A stretch of DNA of 64,000 bases from positions 3,763-67,762 of the forward strand of contig JBFMBU010000313.1 in the NCBI GenBank assembly GCA_040755035.1. The letters run 5' to 3'. Position 1 is the stretch's first letter. Each line of letters opens with the position of its first letter. The DNA comes from Thermodesulfobacteriota bacterium. GTDB lineage: Bacteria > Desulfobacterota > RBG-13-43-22. The notes under the pieces were generated by a model. It was not told where the DNA came from. It saw only the letters and a program-made list of their open reading frames with translations, and made no database searches. The position numbers were made by a program, and so were the translations under genes. Shown here in pieces: positions 48,917 through 57,644 of the stretch.

Positions 48917-49024
48917 GAATTCTACGCAAATTGGATAGTATTTATTTAGAAACAAGATCTAAACCCGGACCGCATGAGGTGTTTGCGAACATCCCCCTCC
49001 GGTTCCGGCTGGTCCGGGTTGGAA
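48917..49024. repeat. Dispersed intergenic repeat family A, copy 3 (best-preserved copy)
   Basis: gaattctacgcaaattggatag...aaacccggaccgcatgagg...ggttccggctggtccgggttgg. Confidence 0.8.
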
Positions 49025-49049
49025 ACCCATAAGGTAAAAAAGGTCAGAG

Positions 49050-50573
49050 ATGATTTCCGAAATACCCGTTTTCAAACCCGAACAACTTCCCAGGATCCCC
49101 TTGACCCTGGAAGGAATTTCTTCCCGGTTTATAAGGGAAAATCTGGTTATCCCCCTTGAATATAAAAATAATATTTTAAAAGTGGCTATGGGCTGCCCGG
49201 AAGATCGGGAGACGGTCGATGCCCTGGAAGTAGCCACTTCGGCTGAAGTCGTGGTTTATGCCGGTGATCCCTCCCTGATTTCCGATTATATCGCCAAATT
49301 TTACGGCCAGGAATCGCAGAATATCAACCGGATCATTGAGGACATCGGCACCGATTCCTTGGAATTCCTGAAGGAAGAGGAAGAGGACATCGGCCATTTA
49401 AAAGACCTGGCTTCGGAGGCCCCGATTATCAAGCTGGTCAATATGGTCATTTCCCGGGCCGTTGAAAACCGGGCCAGTGATATTCACATTGAGCCCTTTG
49501 AGGATGAATTGAAGGTGCGCTACCGCATAGACGGCGTGCTTCACGATATTGAATCCCTGCCCAAGAATCTCCAGGCCGCCATCCTCTCCCGGATTAAAAT
49601 CATGGCCAAACTCAATATCGCCGAAAAGAGGCTCCCCCAGGACGGCCGGATCAAATTGAAGGTCATGGAAAAGGAAATCGATCTCAGGGTATCCACCATA
49701 CCCGTTCTATACGGTGAGGGGGTGGTGATGAGGATCCTGCAGAAGGAAGGGATCACCATCGACCTCAACCTCCTGGGGTTTGCGCCCCGAACCCTATCCC
49801 TTTTTGATCAGCTTATAACAAAATCCAACGGAATTATCCTGGTCACCGGGCCCACCGGCAGCGGGAAGACCACCACCCTTTATGGGGCACTGGACAAAAT
49901 CAATTCGCCGGACAAAAAGATCATTACCGTTGAGGACCCCATAGAATATCAATTGAAAGGGATCAACCAAATCCAGGTTAAACCACAAATCGGCTTGAAT
50001 TTTGCCGGCACCCTTCGTCATATTGTCCGACATGATCCGGATATTATCATGATCGGCGAAATCCGCGATTTGGAAACGGCCGAGATCGCTATCCAGTCGG
50101 CCTTGACCGGACATCTGGTTTTTTCTACCTTACATACCAATGATGCTCCCAGCGCCATCACCCGTTTGCTGGATATGGGGGTAGAAAGTTTTCTCCTTTC
50201 TTCCACCATTCGAGGCGTTCTGGCCCAGCGTTTGGTGCGGCTCATCTGTCCGGTTTGTAAAACGGTCGACCCCGCCCCGGCGGTGCCGGAGGAGTGGGTT
50301 CATCTGCAAGTGGGGGATATGGGGACTTTATATCGAGGGGCCGGCTGCGAAAGATGTGCCGGAACCGGGTATTGGGGGCGAATCGGTATCTTTGAACTGT
50401 TTCTGATCGACGATCTCATACGACGAATGATCCTGCAGGGTGCCGATGTGATTCAAATCCGGGAGGCGGCCAGAAAAAACGGGATGAAAACTTTGCTGGA
50501 AGACGGCCTGGAAAAGGTGAAGGCCTCCCTGACCACGCTGCCTGAAGTCTTAAGGGTCACACAAGAGGTCTAA
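49050..50573 (+). CDS. gspE: Type II secretion system ATPase GspE
   Basis: Short N1/N2 domain, GPTGSGKTTT, His box and the tetracysteine CPVC...CERC motif. It heads a gspF-pseudopilin-gspK-L-M cluster. Confidence 0.85.
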   Translation: MISEIPVFKPEQLPRIPLTLEGISSRFIRENLVIPLEYKNNILKVAMGCPEDRETVDALEVATSAEVVVYAGDPSLISDYIAKFYGQESQNINRIIEDIGTDSLEFLKEEEEDIGHLKDLASEAPIIKLVNMVISRAVENRASDIHIEPFEDELKVRYRIDGVLHDIESLPKNLQAAILSRIKIMAKLNIAEKRLPQDGRIKLKVMEKEIDLRVSTIPVLYGEGVVMRILQKEGITIDLNLLGFAPRTLSLFDQLITKSNGIILVTGPTGSGKTTTLYGALDKINSPDKKIITVEDPIEYQLKGINQIQVKPQIGLNFAGTLRHIVRHDPDIIMIGEIRDLETAEIAIQSALTGHLVFSTLHTNDAPSAITRLLDMGVESFLLSSTIRGVLAQRLVRLICPVCKTVDPAPAVPEEWVHLQVGDMGTLYRGAGCERCAGTGYWGRIGIFELFLIDDLIRRMILQGADVIQIREAARKNGMKTLLEDGLEKVKASLTTLPEVLRVTQEV

Positions 50574-51766
50574 TGGCCGTATTTTCTTACCGGGGTACCA
50601 ATGGGGAGGGTGCAGTCCTGGAAGGGGCCATTGAAGCCCCTGATGAACAGGCAGCCGCCGAACAACTGAAAAATGCCCATATCATCCCCATTGCCATCGC
50701 TCTTCCGGGAAAAAGTCTTAAGACCCGCCTGGGGCGACGTACCACGGCCGGGGACCTCCTCAACTTTACTACCGAATTATCGGCCCTGCTTGAGGCCGGA
50801 TTACCCATAGACCGGAGCCTCAACATCCTTTCCGGTCTGGCGGAAAAAAAAGAAAAACAAATCCTCCTTCAGACCATTCTGCGTTCCATTCGTGAGGGGA
50901 GTTCTTTTTCTGATGCCCTGCAGAAACACCCCCGGGTATTCTCCCGCTTATATATTAATATGGTCAGGGCCGGTGAAGCCGGGGGTGTCCTGCCCACGGT
51001 GCTGGAAAAATTAACCGAATTTCTGGAAACGACCCAGGAACTTAAAGAGCAGGTTTTATCCTCAATGATTTACCCGATTATACTGCTTTCCACCGGCGGG
51101 ATCTCCATTCTCATATTATTAACCTACGTTTTGCCGAAATTTTCCACTATCTTCGCCGAATTGGGTGGGGCCATGCCCCTTTCCACTCAGTTGCTGCTCT
51201 CCTTCAGCCGTGGTCTACAATCCTATTGGTGGGTCGTTTTGCCGGTGTTTTTTGCCTCCTGGATCTTATTCAGGACCTATATAAAATCCGATACCGGCCG
51301 CTACCGCTGGGACGGATTGAAATTAAAATTGATGAAAGAGATCCTCCAGAAGCTGGAAACCGCTCGGTTTTGCCGGACCCTGGGGACCCTGCTACGAAGC
51401 GGGGTTCCCTTATTGCAGGCCTTGAAAAATTCGCGAGACGTGATCGGCAATCAGGTCATCGCCCTGGCTCTGGAAGAGGTTTCCAAAGGGGTAAAAGAAG
51501 GGAAAGGCATGGCCCTGCCTCTGTCAGGGACGGGGGTCTTTCCGCCTCTGGCCTTATCCATGATCAAGGTCGGGGAAGAGACCGGGCAGTTGGATGTCAT
51601 GTTATTGAAAGTGGCCGCAGCTTACGAGAAGAGCCTTCGGGTTTCGATCAAGCGTTTTATCAGTTTTCTGGAGCCGGCGCTGATCCTGGGTATGGGATTG
51701 ATTATCGGGTTTATTGTCATGTCTATGCTGCTGGCTGTTTTCAGTATTACCGATCTGCCTTTTTAG
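50573..51766 (+). CDS. gspF: Type II secretion system inner-membrane platform protein GspF
   Basis: Two T2SSF repeats and three TM segments. The start overlaps the gspE stop. Confidence 0.85.
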   Translation: MAVFSYRGTNGEGAVLEGAIEAPDEQAAAEQLKNAHIIPIAIALPGKSLKTRLGRRTTAGDLLNFTTELSALLEAGLPIDRSLNILSGLAEKKEKQILLQTILRSIREGSSFSDALQKHPRVFSRLYINMVRAGEAGGVLPTVLEKLTEFLETTQELKEQVLSSMIYPIILLSTGGISILILLTYVLPKFSTIFAELGGAMPLSTQLLLSFSRGLQSYWWVVLPVFFASWILFRTYIKSDTGRYRWDGLKLKLMKEILQKLETARFCRTLGTLLRSGVPLLQALKNSRDVIGNQVIALALEEVSKGVKEGKGMALPLSGTGVFPPLALSMIKVGEETGQLDVMLLKVAAAYEKSLRVSIKRFISFLEPALILGMGLIIGFIVMSMLLAVFSITDLPF

Positions 51767-51784
51767 ATCGGAGGCGGGTGAAAA

Positions 51785-52303
51785 GTGCGACGGATCATTA
51801 ACGGTTATCGGGAAATGCCGTTACTCAAAGCCGAGCGATTGGCGAGGAACGGTTATAGTAACAACCCGTCGGGTTTCACGCTCTTGGAAATGATTATTGT
51901 TTTATTGTTGAGCCTGTTGATCCTGGGGGTGGTTTCGGTTTCTCTGGCCGGATTAATTTCTTCAACCAGACTCCTTGGCGCGGCCAGGGAATTTCAGGCT
52001 TCTTTAAGACAGGCCCGTGATTTGGCCGCCATTCACGGGGAAGAGCAGGAGTGGCGGGTCGATTTGGAATCCGGGGTCTATGGAATCGAAGGCCGAAGTC
52101 AGCGAAAAATTCCTCCGCGAGTGGGATTGATCATTGTCGTTTCCACAGGTGAAGAGATCCGCAGCGGGAAATATCTCCTGCGTTTCCAACCCAATCGGGG
52201 ATCGTCCGGCGAGCTTTTCCGATTGACCGACAAAAATAGGATGGTCACTATCGCCCTGGATCCGGTGATAGGGGCTGTGATCTACCGGGAGGTACATTCT
52301 TAA
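51785..52303 (+). CDS. gspH: Pseudopilin with prepilin-type N-terminal cleavage/methylation domain (GspH-like by size and position)
   Basis: G|FTLLEMIIVLLLSLLILG class III signal, ~170 aa. Confidence 0.65.
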   Translation: MRRIINGYREMPLLKAERLARNGYSNNPSGFTLLEMIIVLLLSLLILGVVSVSLAGLISSTRLLGAAREFQASLRQARDLAAIHGEEQEWRVDLESGVYGIEGRSQRKIPPRVGLIIVVSTGEEIRSGKYLLRFQPNRGSSGELFRLTDKNRMVTIALDPVIGAVIYREVHS

Positions 52304-52435
52304 GCGGATGGAATCCCGCGAGCGATGGGATTAATGTGGGAGGTTATATTGAAGCACAAGAAATCTCCCTGAATTGACTTGACCCTTTTTTATAAAACCT
52401 TGACCGCAGCACAAATTAAAAAAAGGTCCACGAAC

Positions 52436-52852
52436 ATGGCGGCAAACCTAAAGGATGCACAGAGCCTTTTTAAAAAAAAATCCGGGTTTACCCTGCTGGA
52501 GGTGCTGGTGGCTTTGGTTCTCTTGGGGATGGCCGTTACGGCGATGTTACAGCTTTTTTCGGCCAACCTGAACGCCATATCCAAATCAGAGGGTTATGTG
52601 GCCTGTTCCCTGGAGGCGCAATCCAAAATGCGGGAGGTCCTCGAGGAAAAAGAACTTTCCGAGAGTTCCTGGAGCGGCATTACGGCCAACGGCTATCGCT
52701 ATCAGGTTACCGTTGCTGAACTCTTAAAAGAAAGGACGGACAGCCTTCCGCTGAAACTGTTGGAGGTGGAAGTCAGGCTCTATTGGAACCTGGGGGTCCG
52801 GGAAAAGACCTTATCTCTGAACACCATGAAAATGGTGGAAAAAAAGATATGA
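52436..52852 (+). CDS. gspI: Pseudopilin (GspI-like by size and position)
   Basis: KKKSG|FTLLEVLVALVLLGMAV. The start is chosen at MAANL; the track ORF begins at 52379. Confidence 0.6.
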   Translation: MAANLKDAQSLFKKKSGFTLLEVLVALVLLGMAVTAMLQLFSANLNAISKSEGYVACSLEAQSKMREVLEEKELSESSWSGITANGYRYQVTVAELLKERTDSLPLKLLEVEVRLYWNLGVREKTLSLNTMKMVEKKI

Positions 52853-53598
52853 AAAACCAGATGATAGGCATAGCTTTTATAGGCGATGCCTGTAAAACCC
52901 CTCTAAAAATAGAAGAGGGTTATCTCTTATCGCCGAACGCCGAACGCCGAAGGCCGAACGTTTTTTTAGGGAAGGCCCCCGGTTTCACCCTGCTGGAATT
53001 GCTGATTTCCATAACCATTGTCGGGGTGCTGCTGTTTATCCTCATGTCTGTTTTGCGGCTGGGTTATCGGTCGGTGGAGGCCGGAGAAAAAAAGATTGAA
53101 TCCCTGGAACGCTTCCGGGCCTCTTTTAACCTGATTGAGGCCCAGATCCAGTCCGAGATCCCCTTGTCCTTTTTGGAAAACGGAGAGAGAAAATACTATT
53201 TTAAAGGGCAATCCGGGTTACTGGAGTTTTCTACCAACCATTCCCTTTGGGAAGGGGAGAGCGGTTTTGTGCTGGTCTCCTACCGGGTGGAGGAGGAGGG
53301 GCAGGGGAAATGGTCCTTGTGGGCCGCGGAAGGCAAAATAGGGCAATCACCCTTGAGGGAGGTAAAGCTTCTGGGGGCTTTTGACAAGATCTCCTTTTCC
53401 TATTTCTATCAGGACCCGACCGAAGAAAGCGGGCAATGGCTGGAGGAATGGACGGAGACGGCTTTTCGGCCGAAAAAGATCAAACTGGATTTGGTTGTTG
53501 ACGGTAAAGAGCTCTCCATCCTATCGCCCTTAAAAAGCCAGGGGGGCCTGACCGGACTCCAGACCAGGCCGATTTCCAGAAGCTCAAGCGGGGGATGA
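52849..53598 (+). CDS. gspJ: Pseudopilin (GspJ-like) with an unusually long ~45-aa leader that contains a heptamer repeat array
   Basis: ...GKAPG|FTLLELLISITIVGVLL. The only in-frame ATGs (52849, 52861) lie upstream of the CGCCGAA array. The ATGA start overlaps gspI. Confidence 0.6.
   Translation: MKNQMIGIAFIGDACKTPLKIEEGYLLSPNAERRRPNVFLGKAPGFTLLELLISITIVGVLLFILMSVLRLGYRSVEAGEKKIESLERFRASFNLIEAQIQSEIPLSFLENGERKYYFKGQSGLLEFSTNHSLWEGESGFVLVSYRVEEEGQGKWSLWAAEGKIGQSPLREVKLLGAFDKISFSYFYQDPTEESGQWLEEWTETAFRPKKIKLDLVVDGKELSILSPLKSQGGLTGLQTRPISRSSSGG
52931..52958 (+). repeat. Heptanucleotide tandem array CGCCGAA x3 plus GGCCGAA, followed by a T7 homopolymer, inside the pseudopilin leader coding region
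   Basis: Direct reading. It is the same heptamer family, in reverse complement, as 15745-15779. Confidence 0.85.
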
Positions 53599-54698
53599 TG
53601 AACGACCTTGACTTAGAATCTCTTGTCGGGAAAAGGCCTTCTCCGGAAGGGAGAGACCTTTTTCAACGACCGACGTCCTCCCGGGGATCGGCCCCGGGAT
53701 ATTTCTTCAGGGGGAGAAAAATCGGGCAGGAGGGGATCGCCCTATTGACCGTGGTCTGGGTCTTAATGGTTTTGATGGTCATTGTTTTTTCCTTTTCGTT
53801 CATGGCCAGGACCGAAACCCTTTCTTCCCTGGCCTTTAAGGAAGGGATGGAAAAACGGTTTCTGGCGGAGGCCGGCGTGGAACGAGGGATCATGGAGCTG
53901 TTTTTCCGAAAAACCAACCTCAATGCGTCGTTGCCAGAAGACCTGGCCGTCTGGAAAATTGACGGCCGCCCCTATGAGGGAAGGGTGGGGGAAGGGAATT
54001 ACCGGGTCAGAATTTTTGACGAATCGGGAAAACTGGATTTAAATACAGCACCGGAGCGGTTGTTGCGCGCCCTGATCCGATCCCTTGTTTCGCAAGAAAC
54101 AGAGGCGGATTCGATTATGGATTCTATTCAGGACTGGCGGGACGGTGATGATTTACATCGACTGCTCGGTGCCGAATCCGACTATTATCAGTCCCTGCCT
54201 CAACCGTATAAGGCCAAAAACGCTGACTTCGAGACCCTGGAGGAACTGTCGTTGGTCAAAGGCGTGACCAAGGAACTCCTTTATGGAGAAAATAACCGCA
54301 AAGGACTGATGGATTATTTGACGGTCCAGGGAAGGACCAACCGGATCAATGTCAACGCCGCTCCCCGGGAGGTCCTGCTGATCATTCCGGGAATGACGGC
54401 GGCAATGGTCGAAGAAATCCTGGCCTTCCGGGAAAAACAAGAGATTAAAAATTTACAAGAGATCGGCGGTTCTGTGGTCGGCAGTCAGTCTCTGATCCAG
54501 CCCTATGTCACCACCGCACAAGGAACGGCCTTTGCCATAGAGTCCTTGGGTTTCAAAGAAAAGGCCCGGTCCGGATACGCGGTCAAAGCCGTCGTTTCCC
54601 TGACCGCAAACAACCAGTATAACACCCTTTATTTTAAGACAGCGGTTACAATCAGAGAAAATGGAAGCACCCGGGAACAATCAACCAACGGAAGTTAA
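53595..54698 (+). CDS. gspK: Type II secretion minor pseudopilin GspK
   Basis: N-terminal hydrophobic helix lacking Glu5 (GIALLTVVWVLMVLMVIVF), ~367 aa, and a C-terminal helix-hairpin-helix-like region. Confidence 0.7.
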   Translation: MMNDLDLESLVGKRPSPEGRDLFQRPTSSRGSAPGYFFRGRKIGQEGIALLTVVWVLMVLMVIVFSFSFMARTETLSSLAFKEGMEKRFLAEAGVERGIMELFFRKTNLNASLPEDLAVWKIDGRPYEGRVGEGNYRVRIFDESGKLDLNTAPERLLRALIRSLVSQETEADSIMDSIQDWRDGDDLHRLLGAESDYYQSLPQPYKAKNADFETLEELSLVKGVTKELLYGENNRKGLMDYLTVQGRTNRINVNAAPREVLLIIPGMTAAMVEEILAFREKQEIKNLQEIGGSVVGSQSLIQPYVTTAQGTAFAIESLGFKEKARSGYAVKAVVSLTANNQYNTLYFKTAVTIRENGSTREQSTNGS

Positions 54699-56181
54699 TC
54701 AGGGGACCTCTGGGAAACCTAAAGGAAAGGCCCTGGGCCGGCTGTTTTTATTGAGTCTGGCCGACGACAGGATTTGGTATAAAAAAACCCTTTGCCTGGC
54801 CATAGAAAAGGGAGGGGTCTCGGTATCCTTGGGCAGGCGTTTCTTTTCCAAGATAAGAATCAGCGGACTCAAATATTATCCCTGCCCCGGCAGTGAATAC
54901 CCTCCGCCGGAATTTGTGACTTCCTGTTTAGGATTGGCGACCACCGAGCTTCAGGCCGGTGGAGTTCCGGTGGTCCTGAGTCTTCCCAAATCCTGGGCGG
55001 TTATCCGAACCGCGGACTACCCGTCGACCGTATTGGAAAATCTCTCCAATGTCCTGGGGTTTGAATTGGATCGGATAACTCCTTTTAATCCGGAAACCGC
55101 TTATTTTGATTTCCATACAATCAAGGAAGATGCCTCCCGCATAACGGTTTTGGTGGCGGCCGTCAGAATGGACGTGGCTGATCCCTATCTTAAAGTCCTG
55201 CGGGAAAAAGGGATAACGGTCGAGCAGGTAACCATCAACCTTTTGGGGTTTGGGACCCTGAGCCGGTTCCTGCAAAAACAAGATCCGGTCATTTTTCTGA
55301 ATATTGAAGAAAACCAATATGAGGGCCTTCTGTACTTGCCCGAATCCCTATTGAAAGTTTTTTCAGGCCCTTTCCCCAACGAAGACCGGAACGGGGCCTT
55401 GAGCCGGATTGAAAAGGATTTGGAATCCATACTGGCTGAAGCGGGGGGAGTTGGCAAAATAAAAGAAGTCTATTGTCGGATAAAGGAAGGAGATCCCTTT
55501 CTCAAGGAACGGATACCTACCCGTATGCGCTGGCCGGTTCATTTTTTGGGGGGATCGGATCCGGCCTTCAATCAAATCCTCGGTCTTAAACCCGGGGAAG
55601 GCCCCATCCCCTGCAGCGCCCTGGGGGGACTGCTGGAGGCTTTATGGACCAAGGCCCTGGGCCTCAATCTTTTACGGAAAGGCCGACGTAAAAAAATAAG
55701 GCCCCCGCTGGTCCTGACCCTTCTGCTGCTTATCCTTTTCGGGATTATGATCGGGGTTTATTGGCTGGCCCCAATGGAAGCGGAGAAGAAGCGATTGCAG
55801 GACATTGAAAAACAAATCGCCGCCCAAAAAGGGGAAATAAAAAAAATTGAAACCTTAAAAAAAGAGGTGGATTCCGTTTTTGAAGAAATCGAAAAGATAC
55901 ATTCCTTCAAGACCACGAACCCCTTGAGCTTGAATCTCCTGAAGGAACTTACCCTGATCCTGCCCAAAAATTCCTGGTTGACACGGGTGAGGATTTCGGA
56001 ATCGCAGGTCAATATCGAGGGCTATTCCCCCTCAGCCACACCGTTGATTCCCAGACTGGATGCCTCAAGATATTTCAGAAAGGTGGAGTTCTCCGCCCCG
56101 ACTTTTCGGGACCCAAGGCAGAATATGGACCGTTTTCAGATCAAAATGGAAATTGAAGGCCGTGAGGATGAAAAAAAATAG
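54661..56181 (+). CDS. gspL: GspL-like assembly protein: PilM-type actin-like cytoplasmic domain fused to a TM helix plus a PilN-like periplasmic domain
   Basis: The N-terminal 330 aa are PilM/GspL-cyto-like. A TM segment LVLTLLLLILFGIMIGVYWL is followed by a coiled coil and a PilN-like domain. Confidence 0.65.
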   Translation: MEAPGNNQPTEVNQGTSGKPKGKALGRLFLLSLADDRIWYKKTLCLAIEKGGVSVSLGRRFFSKIRISGLKYYPCPGSEYPPPEFVTSCLGLATTELQAGGVPVVLSLPKSWAVIRTADYPSTVLENLSNVLGFELDRITPFNPETAYFDFHTIKEDASRITVLVAAVRMDVADPYLKVLREKGITVEQVTINLLGFGTLSRFLQKQDPVIFLNIEENQYEGLLYLPESLLKVFSGPFPNEDRNGALSRIEKDLESILAEAGGVGKIKEVYCRIKEGDPFLKERIPTRMRWPVHFLGGSDPAFNQILGLKPGEGPIPCSALGGLLEALWTKALGLNLLRKGRRKKIRPPLVLTLLLLILFGIMIGVYWLAPMEAEKKRLQDIEKQIAAQKGEIKKIETLKKEVDSVFEEIEKIHSFKTTNPLSLNLLKELTLILPKNSWLTRVRISESQVNIEGYSPSATPLIPRLDASRYFRKVEFSAPTFRDPRQNMDRFQIKMEIEGREDEKK

Positions 56182-56812
56182 AGTATTATACATAGCGATT
56201 CCCATTTTGTTTATCCTGGCCGGCTTGGTATTTTATGAATACGGCTATCTCCGGATAAAAACGGAAGAAGCCGTTATTCGAGAGGAACAAGAAAGCAAGG
56301 CCAAGACCCTGGAAAAATATCTTTCCGTTATTGCCGAAAGACCGGATCTGGAAAAAAGGTTGGCGGCACTCAAAGAGCAAAGAAAGTCGGAAAACGCCAA
56401 AATGGTTGAAGGAGAAACCTTTTCCCTGGCCGCGGCCGCACTGCAGGACATGGTCAAGAGCATCATCGTCAGTCGCAACGGTGTCATCTCCAGCGAGCGT
56501 ATGGGCAAGGAAGAGGAATTCACTCCCGGGCCGCCCGATCCGCCCCGCGATGGTCTTCCCAAACAGAAAGGCGAAAGGACTTCCTTGCCGGGAAAAGAGA
56601 AGAAAGAAGAAAAAAAACGTTTTAGAATCGTCCAGGTCAGCTTCGATTTTACAGCACCGGACATCGGTGTGTTGAGGGACATCGTTTTTTTTATCGAAAC
56701 CAAAACCCCCTACCTGGTGATCAAAGAACTGGATGCCCGGGTCAGAAATTTCCGGGACCCCCGGGAACTTATGGTCAGACTGGATGTCACCGCCCTGTAT
56801 GGAGGACGGTAA
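56168..56812 (+). CDS. gspM: GspM/PilO-like inner-membrane assembly protein
   Basis: Single N-terminal TM segment (LYIAIPILFILAGLVFY), a coiled coil and a C-terminal alpha/beta domain. Start at MKKNRV. Confidence 0.6.
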   Translation: MKKNRVLYIAIPILFILAGLVFYEYGYLRIKTEEAVIREEQESKAKTLEKYLSVIAERPDLEKRLAALKEQRKSENAKMVEGETFSLAAAALQDMVKSIIVSRNGVISSERMGKEEEFTPGPPDPPRDGLPKQKGERTSLPGKEKKEEKKRFRIVQVSFDFTAPDIGVLRDIVFFIETKTPYLVIKELDARVRNFRDPRELMVRLDVTALYGGR

Positions 56813-56813
56813 T

Positions 56814-57515
56814 ATGATTTTAAGGAAAATATTCTCCCAGGTTACTATCCTGAACGGCCTGTTGATAGCGGGGATCGCTGTTTTCTTTTTTGGTTTTCTT
56901 TCCCCGCGCTTGAATACGGATGTAACCTACGCCCCGACGATCATCAAAAAAAAACCTATGGGCAGAAGCGCGTCCGAGACTTCCACCGCGCAAGCCCCTT
57001 TGTCTCCCCAGGATTACCGGACCGTTGCCGATGAAAATTTGTTTCATCCCGACCGTATCGTTCCCCCGGAAAAAAAGGCGGAAGCAGCGCTCCCCAAACC
57101 GGAATTTGTCCTCTATGGGACTTTACTTGCGCCGGATTTGAGCCTGGCCTATATGGAGGATAAGAAAGCTCCGGTGACCACTCCCGGTAGGGGACAGAGG
57201 CAGACCGCTTTAAAGATCGGAGAAACCCTGAGCGGTTTCCGGTTGAAGGAAGTAGCCAAAGACCGGGTGGTGATGGTTCGGGGGGAAGAATCCCTTCAGG
57301 TCCTGCTTCAGGACCCTGGAACCTCTAAACCCAGGGAAGCGGGAACAGGGGCCGCTGTCAGAGGCTCGGTCTCATCTCCCGGGAGGACACCAACCTCATC
57401 TCCACCCCTGCCGAACAGGACACCACCTCCGCTTCCTCCTGGGCAACGGGTGCCGGTTCCGGAGAGAATCCCTCCTCCCGCTCTTCCTCCCCCTCCGATG
57501 CCGCCGGGGAGATGA
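56814..57515 (+). CDS. gspC: GspC/PilP-like protein with Pro-rich C-terminus
   Basis: N-terminal TM segment, a central domain, and a C-terminal PPPLPPG...PPPALPPPPMPP region. Confidence 0.5.
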   Translation: MILRKIFSQVTILNGLLIAGIAVFFFGFLSPRLNTDVTYAPTIIKKKPMGRSASETSTAQAPLSPQDYRTVADENLFHPDRIVPPEKKAEAALPKPEFVLYGTLLAPDLSLAYMEDKKAPVTTPGRGQRQTALKIGETLSGFRLKEVAKDRVVMVRGEESLQVLLQDPGTSKPREAGTGAAVRGSVSSPGRTPTSSPPLPNRTPPPLPPGQRVPVPERIPPPALPPPPMPPGR

Positions 57516-57644
57516 GATAGAGAAAACCTCGGATTTTCGATTTGGGTTGCCGCTGGTTCGGGTCGGGAAGATTAGAGAAAAGGTCGTTTGCTGCCGAAGT
57601 GAAAACCGGAAAATTACTTTGGAAGCGTTCAGTTTTTTTGCAAT

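Noticed and set aside
48699-48929. 76-aa minus-strand ORF upstream of gspE
   Set aside because: It overlaps family A repeat copy 3 and the gspE promoter region and has a basic low-complexity sequence, so it is likely non-coding.
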